Assembly: GCA_964016885.1 (NCBI GenBank) | Contig: CAXHJY010000065.1 | Span: 31,164-95,163, forward strand | Reading direction: 5' to 3' | Length of the DNA: 64,000 bases | Source: Eledone cirrhosa | Taxonomy: Eukaryota | Shown here: piece after piece, positions 52,458 through 64,000 of the stretch | How positions within the stretch are numbered: position 1 is the stretch's first letter | How the letters are laid out: every line of letters starts with the position of its first letter | The notes under the pieces: generated by a model | Told to the model about the DNA's origin: nothing | The model's input: only the letters and a program-made list of their open reading frames with translations | The model's database searches: none | Made by a program: the position numbers and the translations under genes

Positions 52458-53201
52458 ATGAACGAAGCTATCAGGGCATTTACCGGAGAAGGTGGTGTTG
52501 TCGCTTGGCTGCGGAAGGTTCGGTTGGTCGCAAGCTTGCAGAAGATAGAGGACGTGGCCGGCCTCATGGCACTGTACCTCGAGGGCGACACGTTGGTACT
52601 CTTCCTTGAGTTGGAAGAGCACAGTCAAAGAGATGCGCAGAAGATTGAGAGGCGTCTGATGGATGTATTCGGCGAGGGACCGTTGGCGGCTTTTGCTTAG
52701 CTGGAGAGAATCAGGTGGAATGGTGAGCGCGTCGACATTTTCGCAGTGGAAATACGGCGGTTGGCCATGTTGGCCGGTTACCAGGTGGAATGCGAACGCA
52801 CGGTGTGGTTGGCGTTCATCAATGGATTTCCGGACGACATAGCGGTGAAACTGCAGCAAGTCCCGGGTTATAAAGAGATGGAAATGCGTTCACTGGTGGA
52901 ACAAGCCCGGATCATAGCGGAGGATGCCAAAAAGAGTGTTGCGGCGATAGCAACTACGGAGGCTCAGGACACCTGGCAGCGAAATGGTGAAAGGGAGGCA
53001 ACCCCGGCACGCGGTCGCCCGCGAACGCTTAGAGGGCGCTGTTTGCGGTGCCAGGGCCCGCACATGGCTAGAGACTGTAGAGAGCCGAAGCCGGAGATAA
53101 TTTGCTACCGGTGTAAGCGACTAGGCCACATCGCTACTAACTGCGACCAGGTAAACGATCCAAGGGGAACTACTGCGCCGGTAGTTTCCCCTTACGAGTA
53201 G
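52458..53201 (+). pseudogene. gag: Gypsy Gag with two CCHC-type knuckles; one in-frame stop at ~52698
   Basis: ORFs 52458-52700 and 52746-53201 are in the same frame; CLRCQGPHMARDC and CYRCKRLGHIATNC. Confidence 0.9.
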
Positions 53202-56007
53202 CGGCGCTGCCCGTGGTGGAAGTCTTCGTGAGGGGGAAGCCACAGCAAGCCCTCGTGGATACGGGCTGTACGACGACACTGGTGACTGCGGGGGTGGCGC
53301 AGAGGTGGGGAGGGAAGAGCAGCGTAAGGGCAGTCGACGGCAGGAAAATTGAATGCCGAGGTCGCAGCGAGATGGAAATAGCGGTAAGGGGAAGGAGGAT
53401 AAGGCTTTCCGCCATTGTGGTAGACAGTGTGGTGGATGGGATCGGCGTGGTTATGGGCATGGACGCGATTGGCCGTCTAGGGGGCGTCACGGTGAACAAT
53501 GTCGGTGTGTCGTTTGGCGCCGCTGCATCGGTATGCGCTGTGAGTGCACGTCATGAGAACCAGAAGGCCCACGAGGAGGAATACCCCGCTTACACTGTGC
53601 AGGACAAAGAATTCAAGGCCGTGTTTGATGGGAAGCGATGGGTTGTTGAGTGGTACTGGAAGGGAGAACCACCAACACTGAAGACCAAAGTGGGCTGCTA
53701 TCAACGCACATTGAAGGGAAACGCTAGGAGCGAGTTGGAGCGAGAAGTAGAGAGATGGATCGAAGAGGGCATACTGCTTCCCTGGAAGGAGGAGGTGAAG
53801 TGCGGAGTATTGCCGTTAATGGCGGTGGTGCAACCCACGAAGTGCAAGGTGAGGCCGGTGCTGGACTATCGGGAGCTGAACGAGCACGTGTCATGCCACA
53901 CGGGTGGCGAGGTCACGGATGTCTGTAGGGAAACCCTGCATGAGTGGAGACGCATGGGGGATCTAAAGTCGGCTTACTTGCAGTTGCATATAGATGAGAA
54001 GCTCTGGCGGTATCAGCTGGTCAGGTATAAGGGCCGGACATATTGCCTGACCAGGCTTGGTTTCGGGCTGAAGTCCGCACCGAAGATCATGGCGGCGGTC
54101 CTCAAGACCGCTCTGGGGAGGGCCGACAATGTAAAGAGGGCTACTCTCTCCTATATTGACGACATCCTAGTGGACGAGTCGGTGGTGTCGCGGCGGAGGT
54201 CACGAGCCATTTACGGAGGTATGGACTGACTGCGAAGCCATCAGAAGCATTGGAGGGAGGAGCCGCGCTGGGACTTAGGCTACGGCGAGACAGGACGGGC
54301 GTTTTGGTATTCCAGAGGGGAAACGAAGTTCCGGAACTGGGCCCAAGTATGAGTAGGCGGGAGCTTTTCTCGGTGTGTGGAAAGCTGGTGGGTCACTACC
54401 CGATCGCTGGGTGGCTCCGGACAGCATGCAGCTATGTCAAGAGACGAGCGGGAGGGGTGACTTGGAGTGACAGAGTGGGAGAGAGGACGGTGGCCATGAT
54501 GCAGGAGATCATGGGGAGGGTGAAGGCCGACGACCCAGTGCGGGGACGCTGGTATGTTCCCAAATCACAGAGCGGGACCGTATGGTGCGATGCCAGCAGC
54601 ATAGCGCTGGGTGTCACGTTGGAGATAGGAGGTGTTGAGGTCGAGGATGCAGCCTGGCTTAGAAAGAAGGACGACTGCAACCACATCAATGTGGCCGAGC
54701 TGGACGCGGTGTTGAGAGGGGTGAACCTCGCCCTGCGGTGGGGGCTGCGCACCATCGAGATACGCACTGACTCGGCTACTGTACTCGGATGGGTAAGATC
54801 AGTGCTCACCAGTGAGAAGAGAGTGCGAACGAGAGGCGCGGCGGAGATGCTGATAAAGCGCCGCCTGGGAACGTTAAGAGAGCTGGCCACCGAGTTCGAC
54901 CTGAAGCTGAGCGTAGTTTTCGTGCCCTCAGAGAAAAATAGGGCGGACATCTTAACTAGAGTGAAGAAAGCCTGGATGGAAGCGCCGGAGGAGGTAGAGG
55001 ATGAGATAGCTGCCGTGTGTCGGCTGACCGAGTCAGATCTGAAGGGGTTGCATGACATGCACCACATGGGGGTGGATAGGAGCCTGTTCCTAGCCAGGAG
55101 AATCGACTCGGACGTTAGCAGACACAGTGTTCGGCGGGTGGTTAGAGGCTGCGTCCGATGTCAGTCCATTGATCCCGCCCGGGGTGTACACGAAACGGGA
55201 AGCCTCCCGGTGGATCGCGACTGGAAGCGATTAGCGGTGGATGTGACGCACTACCGGCAGGGAACGTACCTCTCGATGGTCGACTGTGGACCAGGTCGAA
55301 TGGCGATATGGAGGGAGATGAGGACTGGAACGGCCGAGGAAATCGTGCGGACGTTGAGAGAGGTGTTCTTGGAGCGGGGCCCTGTGGACGAACTGCTGAT
55401 GGTCAACAGCGCAGCGTTCCGCTGGGAGGCACTCTGGGAGATGTTCGATGGATAGAAGGTGGACCGTTTCTTCAGAGCGGCGCACAGGCCGAGCGGCAAT
55501 GGAATCGTGGAGCGACACCACCGGACGATCAAGGCAATGGCGGAGCGGGGCCATATCTCACCAATGGAGGCAGTGTTCTGGTACAATATGTCCCCTCGGG
55601 TTGGACAGGTCGAGGAATCGGTGCCACACAGAGCAGTATTCAAATACGAGTGGCGGCACCCGTGCACGCCACCACAACGGCCAGTGGGAAGAGAGAGTGC
55701 ATTTGTGCAGGTGGGCGAAGAAGTCTGGGTTAAGCCCCCAGATGCACGTTGCACATCTCAATGGGGAAGGTTAACGGTGACGGCCGTAAATTCAAAGGAC
55801 AATGTGTCCGTGGACGGGGTACCACGTCATGTCCTGGATGTAAGAAGAATCACTGTGTCGACGGACTCCGAGGAAGAGGAAACCCAAGATGAGGTGGAAA
55901 CCCAGAGCTCTGCCCCAATACTTCGGAGATCGCAACGAAGTCGTAGACCACCAACCTGGACAGCAGACTTTCATATGCAGAGGGACGAGGGGCAAATTGA
56001 TCCTTGA
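53153..56007 (+). pseudogene. pol: Gypsy Pol (protease, RT, RNase H, integrase) with a frameshift and a stop
   Basis: ALVDTGCT; DLKSAYLQ and YIDDIL; WCDASS and INVAELDA; HDMHHMG...CVRC, LAVDV and GIVERHHRTIK. Confidence 0.92.
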
Positions 56008-56020
56008 GATCAGGGGGGCG

Positions 56021-56258
56021 TGTGGGTATGGTGTGGCGTGCGGTGGCCGGAGGCGGGGGAGTGCTCGACCGGAAGGATGCTCCATCGGGAGGGCCAGCAG
56101 GGGGCCTCTCTCTAGTGGTGACCAGCAAACGGTGTGGACGCGAGTTTTGGGCAGCTCCCGGTGTTAAGCAGTTGGACGCACGTGGAAGGGGAGTAACTTG
56201 CAGTGGAGTTTAGCGGCGCCTATGAAAAGCGGTAAGTGAATAGCTTTTTCTAACCACA
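56021..56258 (+). repeat. 3' LTR (238 bp)
   Basis: Direct repeat of 52124-52378. Confidence 0.95.
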
Positions 56259-56524
56259 AGTACTTTAAATAAAGCCTTTATTGTACAGCCAACCATGTTA
56301 ATCTTCCTTCTTTAACTATTATTACTCCAAGTATAACCTGCATAAAAATTACCGCGAACTCGCTGCATAAGTATGGAAACATCTTGTTGAGTAAAAAAAA
56401 GCCGTACGTTAAAACTATCCACGATGCAGAGCACTCACAATCTCTAACTGGATTACCTCTAACGATAACTTGTTATCTCATATATATATATATATTTTTT
56501 TTTCAACTAGCAATATATATATAT

Positions 56525-57470
56525 ACTAGACATGAAAAATGCGCAAGCTCAAAAGTGCCACAGAATGTTATAATAAACCTTCAAAAGTGTGGGACTAGAG
56601 TTGTTGCTAAAAAATATTGTAATCATTATATATCGTACATTCTGTGGCATCCTTTATAAAAATAGCTTAAACCAACGAAGCCTTTATTTTTACGCTATTT
56701 CACTTAGTTAATTCTTAGAGTGTAACATATAAAAATATCATTTACAACTATAAAATAAATTAATTAATATAATAACAGAGCTGCGGAGCTGAAATTTAGG
56801 AAATAATGGAGTATCGGATCCTGAGTTGGAGCCAGTCAATTGTTGGCCGACTCCGCAGCCCTGTATAATACATTTCATATTAAAGTTATTAATAAACCTC
56901 ATGCAAATTACCACGAGATATTGATATTAGATATAAGATACAGCGCAATATCTACAGCTGTAAAAGTACGAAAGCGAAGTAATAATAAGTGGCTTAAGGT
57001 AATTCCAATATGAAAGTTTGTAGTGATAAAAATTTGATAATGCAATACGATTGTTAATATTATAGTTCTATGAAAATGTAACAATAGATAACTAAATTAT
57101 TTTACTATTAGTATATTTAAGAAATTATCATTATAGATTTGATCGTTCATATAAGCATCATATTAAGTTTCAACACAATTATTTTGTTACTATGAGTATA
57201 TGATAATAATATTACGTAATTATTTATAGCTGTTATTACATTAAACATAGATGTATTTATTTTTATATGTTACACTCTAAGAATTAACTAAGTGAAATAG
57301 CGTAAAAATAAAGGCTTCGTTGGTTTAAGCTATTTTTATAAAGGATGCCACAGAATGTACGATATATAATGATTACAATATTTTTTAGCAACAACTCTAG
57401 TCCCACACTTTTGAAGGTTTATTATAACATTCTGTGGCACTTTTGAGCTTGCGCATTTTTCATGTCTAGT
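56525..57470. repeat. Perfect 213-bp inverted repeat around a 520-bp spacer (foldback-type element)
   Basis: 56525-56737 is the reverse complement of 57258-57470, with no mismatch seen by eye. Confidence 0.92.
56776..56863. mobile_element. Short hAT-like MITE
   Basis: TIR cagagctgcggag / ctccgcagccctg; 8-bp flanks tataataa / tataatac. Confidence 0.6.
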
Positions 57471-58017
57471 TTAATATTTTTTTAAGGCAACGCTTGTAAT
57501 AAACAGGATATATATTAATAATAAATTATCGTTGTAATGTAATTAGATTATGTAATTGTTATTATAAATTATCTTATAAATATTAGTGTAAGATGTATAA
57601 AAATATTTTCAGACTTTTAATATAAACAACTAGAAAAAACAATCAATATTAAATCAATATATTATACATAATAGAAAACATAAAATATACAATACAAAAA
57701 CAAAATATTTACATACAATTGCAATTATCAGTGTATATACATTTTCTTTATATTCCCTGAGCAAATTAATAAGATTTGTTTTTATTGTACATAATTTGAT
57801 GACTTGTTGGAGTGTATTAAAAGATAGCAACAATTTGTGATTAAATTGTTATCTTAAGCAACTCACTTTTTAATAGTTGTTGGCTGAGCGAAATTGTAAA
57901 AGCCTATGAGCAAATATAAAAAAAAATACACAAACAACATTTCCTTGTGTTATTACAACATTAGATAAAATAATTGAGCAATGTCGTTATATTTTGCTCT
58001 TATTGCACATTAATAGT

Positions 58018-58185
58018 GTTTCTATTTTTCGGCACAAATCCATTACGGCAGTCCATTACTGGTACTTTATTTTATCGAATTAGTAAGTATGAAAGTCGAA
58101 GTTAACCTCGGCAGGATTTGAACTTAGAATGCAAAGGACCATAACAATACTGCAAAGCATGGTGTCTGACGCTCTACCAATACTT
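58018..58185 (-). mobile_element. Nin/Deu-like SINE (diverged)
   Basis: ttactggtactttattttatcga...gttaacctcggcaggatttgaact...ctctaccaatact. Confidence 0.75.
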
Positions 58186-58577
58186 GTGTTGAGCTGGTCA
58201 TTAATTTATGGTGGTCGTGCGTGGAGTAGAGCAATCGCTAGTTGAAATATTATGAACAAAACATTTTTATTTGCCGAAGAACATATTTTCAATACTGTTT
58301 GTGAATGTGACGAAGGAAATACATTCTGATATGGAACAGTGTACAAAGTGTGTCTGTGAATAACATAATGTTACCTCATGTTGTTGTCAAGACATAATGG
58401 ATTTCGTATATCCAGTTAGAAGATGAAACCTAGCCATCTCGGATTAGTTATATTTCATGCCATGTGTAAACGTGTTTGAGGATAGCAAAATATGCGCGTT
58501 AATTATAATAATTAGTTAATAATATTACAAAATATACCTAATTAAACTCTTTGCTTGAAATTTTATCATTCTTCGTT

Positions 58578-58612
<35 letters not shown>

Positions 58613-59965
58613 GGAGAGAGATTTATCTAGTCCTTCGCTCAAGATTAATCTATAAGTTTAGATGTTTGCCTTCGTTTAAGTAAATATTACAGTAAGATTT
58701 TTAATATAAACAACTACAAAAAACAATTAATATTAAAACGAAAAAATTATCAATGATAAAAGAAGCGGATGCAACTTTTTTTTTTATAAAGTTATATTCC
58801 TGTTTCTTTAAAGAACATTTCATTTTTGTTCTATTGTAGGCGAAATAATGCAATGGTTTAATAGGGAAGATATAACGAATTATGTCTCTAACCGTGTAAC
58901 GCTTTTTAAGTAGATAACTACAATTGAAAATACTAAAGAAATGGAACCAACAATTCAATTTGAAAGTCGTCTAGTGACAGTGTATTACTGGTACTTTATT
59001 TTATCGACCCCGTAACGATGAAAGGCAAAAATGCAAATGCTTAAAATTTAAATTGCCTTAATTCTATCGTCTGCTGTTTCATTAAAGGGAGATTATCGTC
59101 TGTATTTAATTCTATCGTCTACTGTTCCACTAAACAGATATACCTCCACTATCGTCTCTATTTATACATTTTAACTTATAACTTATACACATTTGATTTG
59201 AAATATTTTATCTAGTCCCCCCTCTCAATATTATGATGATTTCTTTCGAATGAAACAGTTCTAGTCCTGTAGAAACCATTTATATATATAATTGAACTGA
59301 GTTAAAAATTCACAATATTTATAATTAAATAAGCTCATATATATATGTGTGTATTTATCTGTTTATTGTATTATATATAATGTGTGTATATACAGGATGT
59401 CCCCCAAAAATATATACACACTTCAACAGCATTCTAATAACTATTGCCTGTACAGGTAATCAAAGTGTCAATCGAATGTTAGTTTCGTGTTTTAACAGTA
59501 CAAATTTACAATACACACATAAAACCAGTGTATATACATACATGAGTGTGTATACACATACATGAATGTGTATATACAATATATATGTATATATATATAG
59601 ACACATATATTCACGGTGCAGCGGTACATTAAAATATAGATGCGGGAGAGGGGGGGTGTATATATAGGGGCGCTGGGGATAAAGGAGTGTAAAGCGTGTG
59701 TAATTGATATATTGAAGGAGAGGAGCGTGCAGCGATAGAGTAACAAATATATAGAGAGGGGGAGAGATGGTATTGAAGGGGAGGAGTGCAAAGCGAAAGA
59801 GTAAGAGATATATATAGAGACGGAACAGATAGAGAGAAACAGGCGTAAGTAACAGTGGAAGAGATATAGAGAGAGGTACTCTGATTGGTTGAAAATTAGC
59901 CAATGACATACGATCACCACCACCACGGCTATCCCCGAAAAATTTTTTAAGAAGCTACGCATATA

Positions 59966-60020
59966 TGTTAGAACACGAAAAGTGAACATTCTGTTGTTTC
60001 ACACTTTTCGTGTTCTAACA
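59966..60020. repeat. Perfect 19-bp stem hairpin
   Basis: tgttagaacacgaaaagtg / cacttttcgtgttctaaca. Confidence 0.85.
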
Positions 60021-60923
60021 GATATACAGGGGGAGCATAAAGTCTTTGAAACTACATAACACACAGAGCGTTTTGTTTCATAGATGCTATTTTATTACTG
60101 AAAATTTCAACTACCTGTTGAACAGAAAATGTAAATCATGTTGAGAAAAAATTTTAATTCATAATTTAAAACAATGAAAAAGTAAAATCTCAAATAGTAT
60201 CTGAGATATGGTATTTTATAATCAAGGAAACACTTAATGCTCACTCTGTTTATATTATGTGTGTGTGTGTAAATACCTCTATGTGTATTAGTGTTTGTAC
60301 TGATATATTATTTCTAATATCTCTCTCTAAAATGATCACATACATAATACATATTTCGAGCATGAAACAATTATAAATAAGCATTTTCTCTGATTTGATA
60401 TATTTATTACACCTCAGTGAGATTAGCTTAAGTAAAATGGCAGCTACATATAATAATTCTCTCATGAATTTCTAATCAATCATAATTTTACTTTCAATTT
60501 AAATAAATATATATTCCAGCACATTTTCTATCTTATTTCACTTTTTTGTCATCATATTGTATTTGCCTTTCTAATATATAGTATCTGTGTGAGAGAGAGA
60601 GAGAATGGGAAGTCAGATTTGCGACTTGTTATGAAACTCCATTGCATATTACAACAGTTTCGATATCGATCAGCTCAGGTTTGAACAAGTGATCAGATCC
60701 CGACTTTTAATCGACACGCCTTCAGATTGAGAGTTTATATAGGTGGTCCCATCCAAATCTGACTTTCTGTTGTCACTCTACAAACTACAGCTGCCTTAAA
60801 CCTAGAGCACAACCCAATGAGAGACAGACCCCGTGTAACAGAATCAAATGTTTCAACCAGCGTTGCTGCTCACCACAAATTATTCACGTAATAACATATA
60901 TATATATATATTTTGCCCTCTGT

Positions 60924-61337
60924 TTGGATAGAAATTTGGTGTATAAATGCACCGTAAAAACAAATAACAACACATACAACTACATAGGAGCAACTTCTTC
61001 AACATTTAAAGCAAAATTTGCGAATCACAAATGCTCATTCTCGAATTCTAATAGGAAGTCTTCGACTTCTTTATCACAGCTTATATGGTCATTAAAAGAC
61101 AAAAATTTAAAATACTCGATCTTTTGGATGAAGCTTTGTAATAGTGGAGTTTATGTCAACTCTTGTATATCAATTAACTGCAGCCTCTGTACAAAGGAGA
61201 CCCTATTAATAATTAATAGTTATGAAAACTTAATTAACAAAAAAAGTGAATTATTCTCAAACTGCCTTCATAAAGCTTTGTCTACATTCCAAGCCCCGCA
61301 AAAAGTCAAGACAAAAACAGTAAGCAATCAAGCATGA
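60924..61337 (+). pseudogene. GIY-YIG endonuclease domain of a Penelope-like element
   Basis: NLVYKC...YIGAT..TFKAKFANHK.SF....STSLSQLIW.LKD...CSLCTKE....LINKKSELFSNCLH. Confidence 0.85.
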
Positions 61338-61626
61338 TTTTCGACGTCTATCATCAACTGTTGAACATATAAGTCATAACGGTTTATAAAACTTTAATAA
61401 TGCTTTATCCTCTAATCATTTATAATGGAATTAATGTTTGAATGAAAGACACTTGTTTGATAACTTGTTTACTTGATAGATATGCATACCCTATATTTTT
61501 TTTTGGATATTTTTAACTTTGATTCAGATCTTTATTTTTCTGTCTCTGTTTTAAATATATAGTTTAGATATCTAACCTGTAAATTTACTGATTTTAATTT
61601 GAACTGTGGATCATTCATGTGTTTGC

Positions 61627-61696
<70 letters not shown>

Positions 61697-61820
61697 TTTA
61701 CTTATTTTGAGATGGTTTTTGGGGACTCAGAAAGTTTGATTTGCGCTTTGCTTTTTTATGTATATTTAACAAATCATAATAGCTGACACATATTGGTCTA
61801 TTTCTCCACTGAACTGGAGG

Positions 61821-62093
61821 TAAAACTACTAACAATGATTATAATTGCTATTTTTTATTAAATGTATACCGCTTCATTAATACCTAGTATAACTATATAT
61901 AGTTTGTGCAAATATTTTTATCTAGTGTAATAACATAATCGTAGTTACATTTATATAAAACTACTAACAATGATTATAATTATTATTCTTTATTAAATGT
62001 ATACCGTTTCATTAACACCTAGTATAACTATATATAGTTTGTGCAAATATCTTTATCTAGTATAATAACATAATCGTTGTTACATTTATATAA
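61821..62093. repeat. 135-bp tandem duplication
   Basis: taaaactactaacaatgattataatt... at 61821 and 61956. Confidence 0.9.
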
Positions 62094-62975
62094 ATAATTT
62101 AAACACTCAAATGACATTATTATAAGTGTTTGGTTTTCCCTGGAAGGTGGAACTTATATAATCATTTACTTAATACAATATATGAAATAATAAATTATAG
62201 TCTTGGTATATTATGATCAATACACACATATATATATCTGAAAACTCTGACCTCTTTAAGTTTAATTATAAGCGCTGTTATAACTTAAGGCACTCAAACT
62301 ATTTAACAATAAATTCTTTAATAGTTATAACTATAAATATCTCATAAATTATATAATAAGAACTGTTGTCAATATTATAAGTAATTTTGGTAAAGATTAC
62401 CTTTGTGGGGATATCGAACATTATATGTATATTTGCTTTCTTTCGCGGGTTTCGTAAATCCTTTATATTTGTCTTCATAAAATTTGAATTTTAGAAATTT
62501 AACATTACATTATAATATTCATACATATACCCATCAACTTTTAAAACCTAAAATTTGATTCTTTACCCTGAAATAACATAAATTAAATATTTTTGAAAAT
62601 TAACCGCCAACTTTATTTGAATATGTGTATGTAGAAACTTGAGCATAAATTACTGCCCTTTGCCTCTTTCTCTCTTTATTCATCTTTCATCTCAAGCTAA
62701 ATACTAAATAAGTTATAACATCAGCTACTTCTTCCTCTATGCTTTCCTCTCCCGCATATTTCTCTAGTAGTTTTTTAAATATTAAAAATTCTATAACTGT
62801 TATATTGATGCCATGTATTTCTTATATTACTCACACTCTCTCTATTGATTGTATTACGTATTCTCATGTTCTCAATATTAAGGTATAAATAATGAGTTTC
62901 CTCATAAGTTAATCAGTACCTTGATTAAATCTTAACCATCTACCATGTCAGGGTATGTCATGTATCATTTTATTT

Positions 62976-63042
62976 TATTTTATCTGATGAGGACGTACTG
63001 TTGAACTTAATTCAGTACCTCTGAAATATGTATAATAAAATA
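62976..63042 (+). ncRNA. Type I hammerhead ribozyme motif
   Basis: tattttat CTGATGA gga c gtactg [12 nt] cagtac c tct GAAA tatgta T A ataaaata; predicted cleavage after A63034. Confidence 0.75.
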
Positions 63043-63180
63043 TATATATTGACCACGAGAATATCTATTTTGTTAATATTTTGAATTAATATTAATAACT
63101 CCGGAAAATATTTTTTGTAGAGTACTTCCAATCTATTGTAAAACTCATTCTTTGATGTATTCATTGAATCTTGTTTAACT

Positions 63181-63220
<40 letters not shown>

Positions 63221-63239
63221 CATCACTGTCTTATTATTT

Positions 63240-63720
63240 TAATGAACACTTTCCCTGTTAGCGTGGGTTGGATGGGTTTTAATAGACCAAGTCAGTACTG
63301 AAGCAGGGCTACTGATATCCCAGATGGGCCAGGGTTCTGTGTCTCACTTATGTACTCTCTCACATTTCACCTAGTGCATAGGAAAGGTTGTCATATCTTT
63401 GACGCAACCTATTGTTTGGCAAGCTTTCTATGGCTGGATGCTGTTCCTATCACCAACCACTTTACAGCATGTACTGGGTGCATTTATCATGTAAATCACC
63501 CCAAGAATTATTCACTAGTAACTAGTTTCTGCTTGTATGCTTCATTTTGGCTTGATTTCTATGGTTGGATGCCCCTTTTAATACTAACCACTTTACGTGT
63601 ACTGGAAGTATTTTATGACTCTTGCACCTTTCAGGGTGGTCTGGATGTTTTTTGTCAAAGCAACAGCGCTATCATCTTACAAGGTTGACTGCTTTTGTCG
63701 TTGCACTAGTACTATCTCAT
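63240..63720 (-). mobile_element. Old RTE-related SINE tail copies
   Basis: Two degraded tttctatggctggatgc..ttcct..caccaaccacttta boxes. Confidence 0.55.
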
Positions 63721-64000
63721 TACAATATTCAAGTGCCCAATGTGCTTTGACAATGTGGGAGTTGGGGCTGAGGTGCAGACATCACACTGCCGGGGAGAAG
63801 TCGATTCTTAGAAATGGACTTGAAATAGGTTGGTTCCAGGCTTCCTTCGCTGGTCAAATATATGTGGGGCTGGGGTTATTTATAAACTACTTGCTGTAGG
63901 GGCTGGGGGGATATGCCAGATCCTGGGGTGGTCTTGGAGCAAGTGGTTGTCTGAAATGGTGGGGTTGTACCTGGCTTTTTATGCTAGCCTGGCTTTGAGT

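Larger units (their letters stand above)
52124..56258 (+). mobile_element. Complete compact Ty3/Gypsy LTR retrotransposon (inactivated)
   Basis: LTRs with TGTGG...CCACA ends; TSD AGTAC at 52119-52123 and 56259-56263; PPT aggggggcg before the 3' LTR; domain order gag-PR-RT-RH-IN. Confidence 0.97.
60911..63183 (+). mobile_element. Putative 5'-truncated Penelope-like element (GIY-YIG + AT-rich 3' region + hammerhead), bounded by (TA)n
   Basis: GIY-YIG ORF at the start, hammerhead at 62976-63042, (TA)n on both sides; treating these as one element is inference. Confidence 0.55.

Noticed and set aside
59389-60060. Tc1/mariner-like ends (TA-CAGGATGTCCC; TA-CAGGGGGAGC)
   Set aside because: No matching partner TIR or transposase found

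Overview
AT-rich eukaryotic DNA made almost entirely of transposable elements and microsatellites ((TA)n, (CA)n, (TAA)n, (GAT)n). I can support no host protein-coding exon. The repeat set suggests an octopod cephalopod; this is recall-based inference, not a database result. Contents: (i) a near-full-length RTE LINE (~41.0-44.6 kb) and several decayed copies, with a PHD-type C4HC3 finger inserted in the RT region; (ii) a second RTE-like family with a twin-priming inversion; (iii) a complete ~4.1 kb Ty3/Gypsy element with LTRs, a 5-bp TSD and a -1 frameshift signal; (iv) L1/Tx1-, CR1/Jockey- and R4-like fragments; (v) many tRNA-derived SINEs; (vi) non-autonomous Helitrons, MITEs and long inverted repeats; (vii) a Penelope-like GIY-YIG fragment. 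The most notable signal is invisible in the ORF track: four type I hammerhead ribozyme motifs (13032-13097 minus; 13184-13249, 48856-48916 and 62976-63042 plus). They share an intact core, an 8-bp stem I, a palindromic stem III and a sequence-divergent but still paired stem II. Two of them form an inverted twin-ribozyme cassette. Weaker hammerhead-like motifs lie at ~47.0, 49.3 and 52.06 kb. Coordinates were counted by eye, and the edges of decayed elements are approximate.
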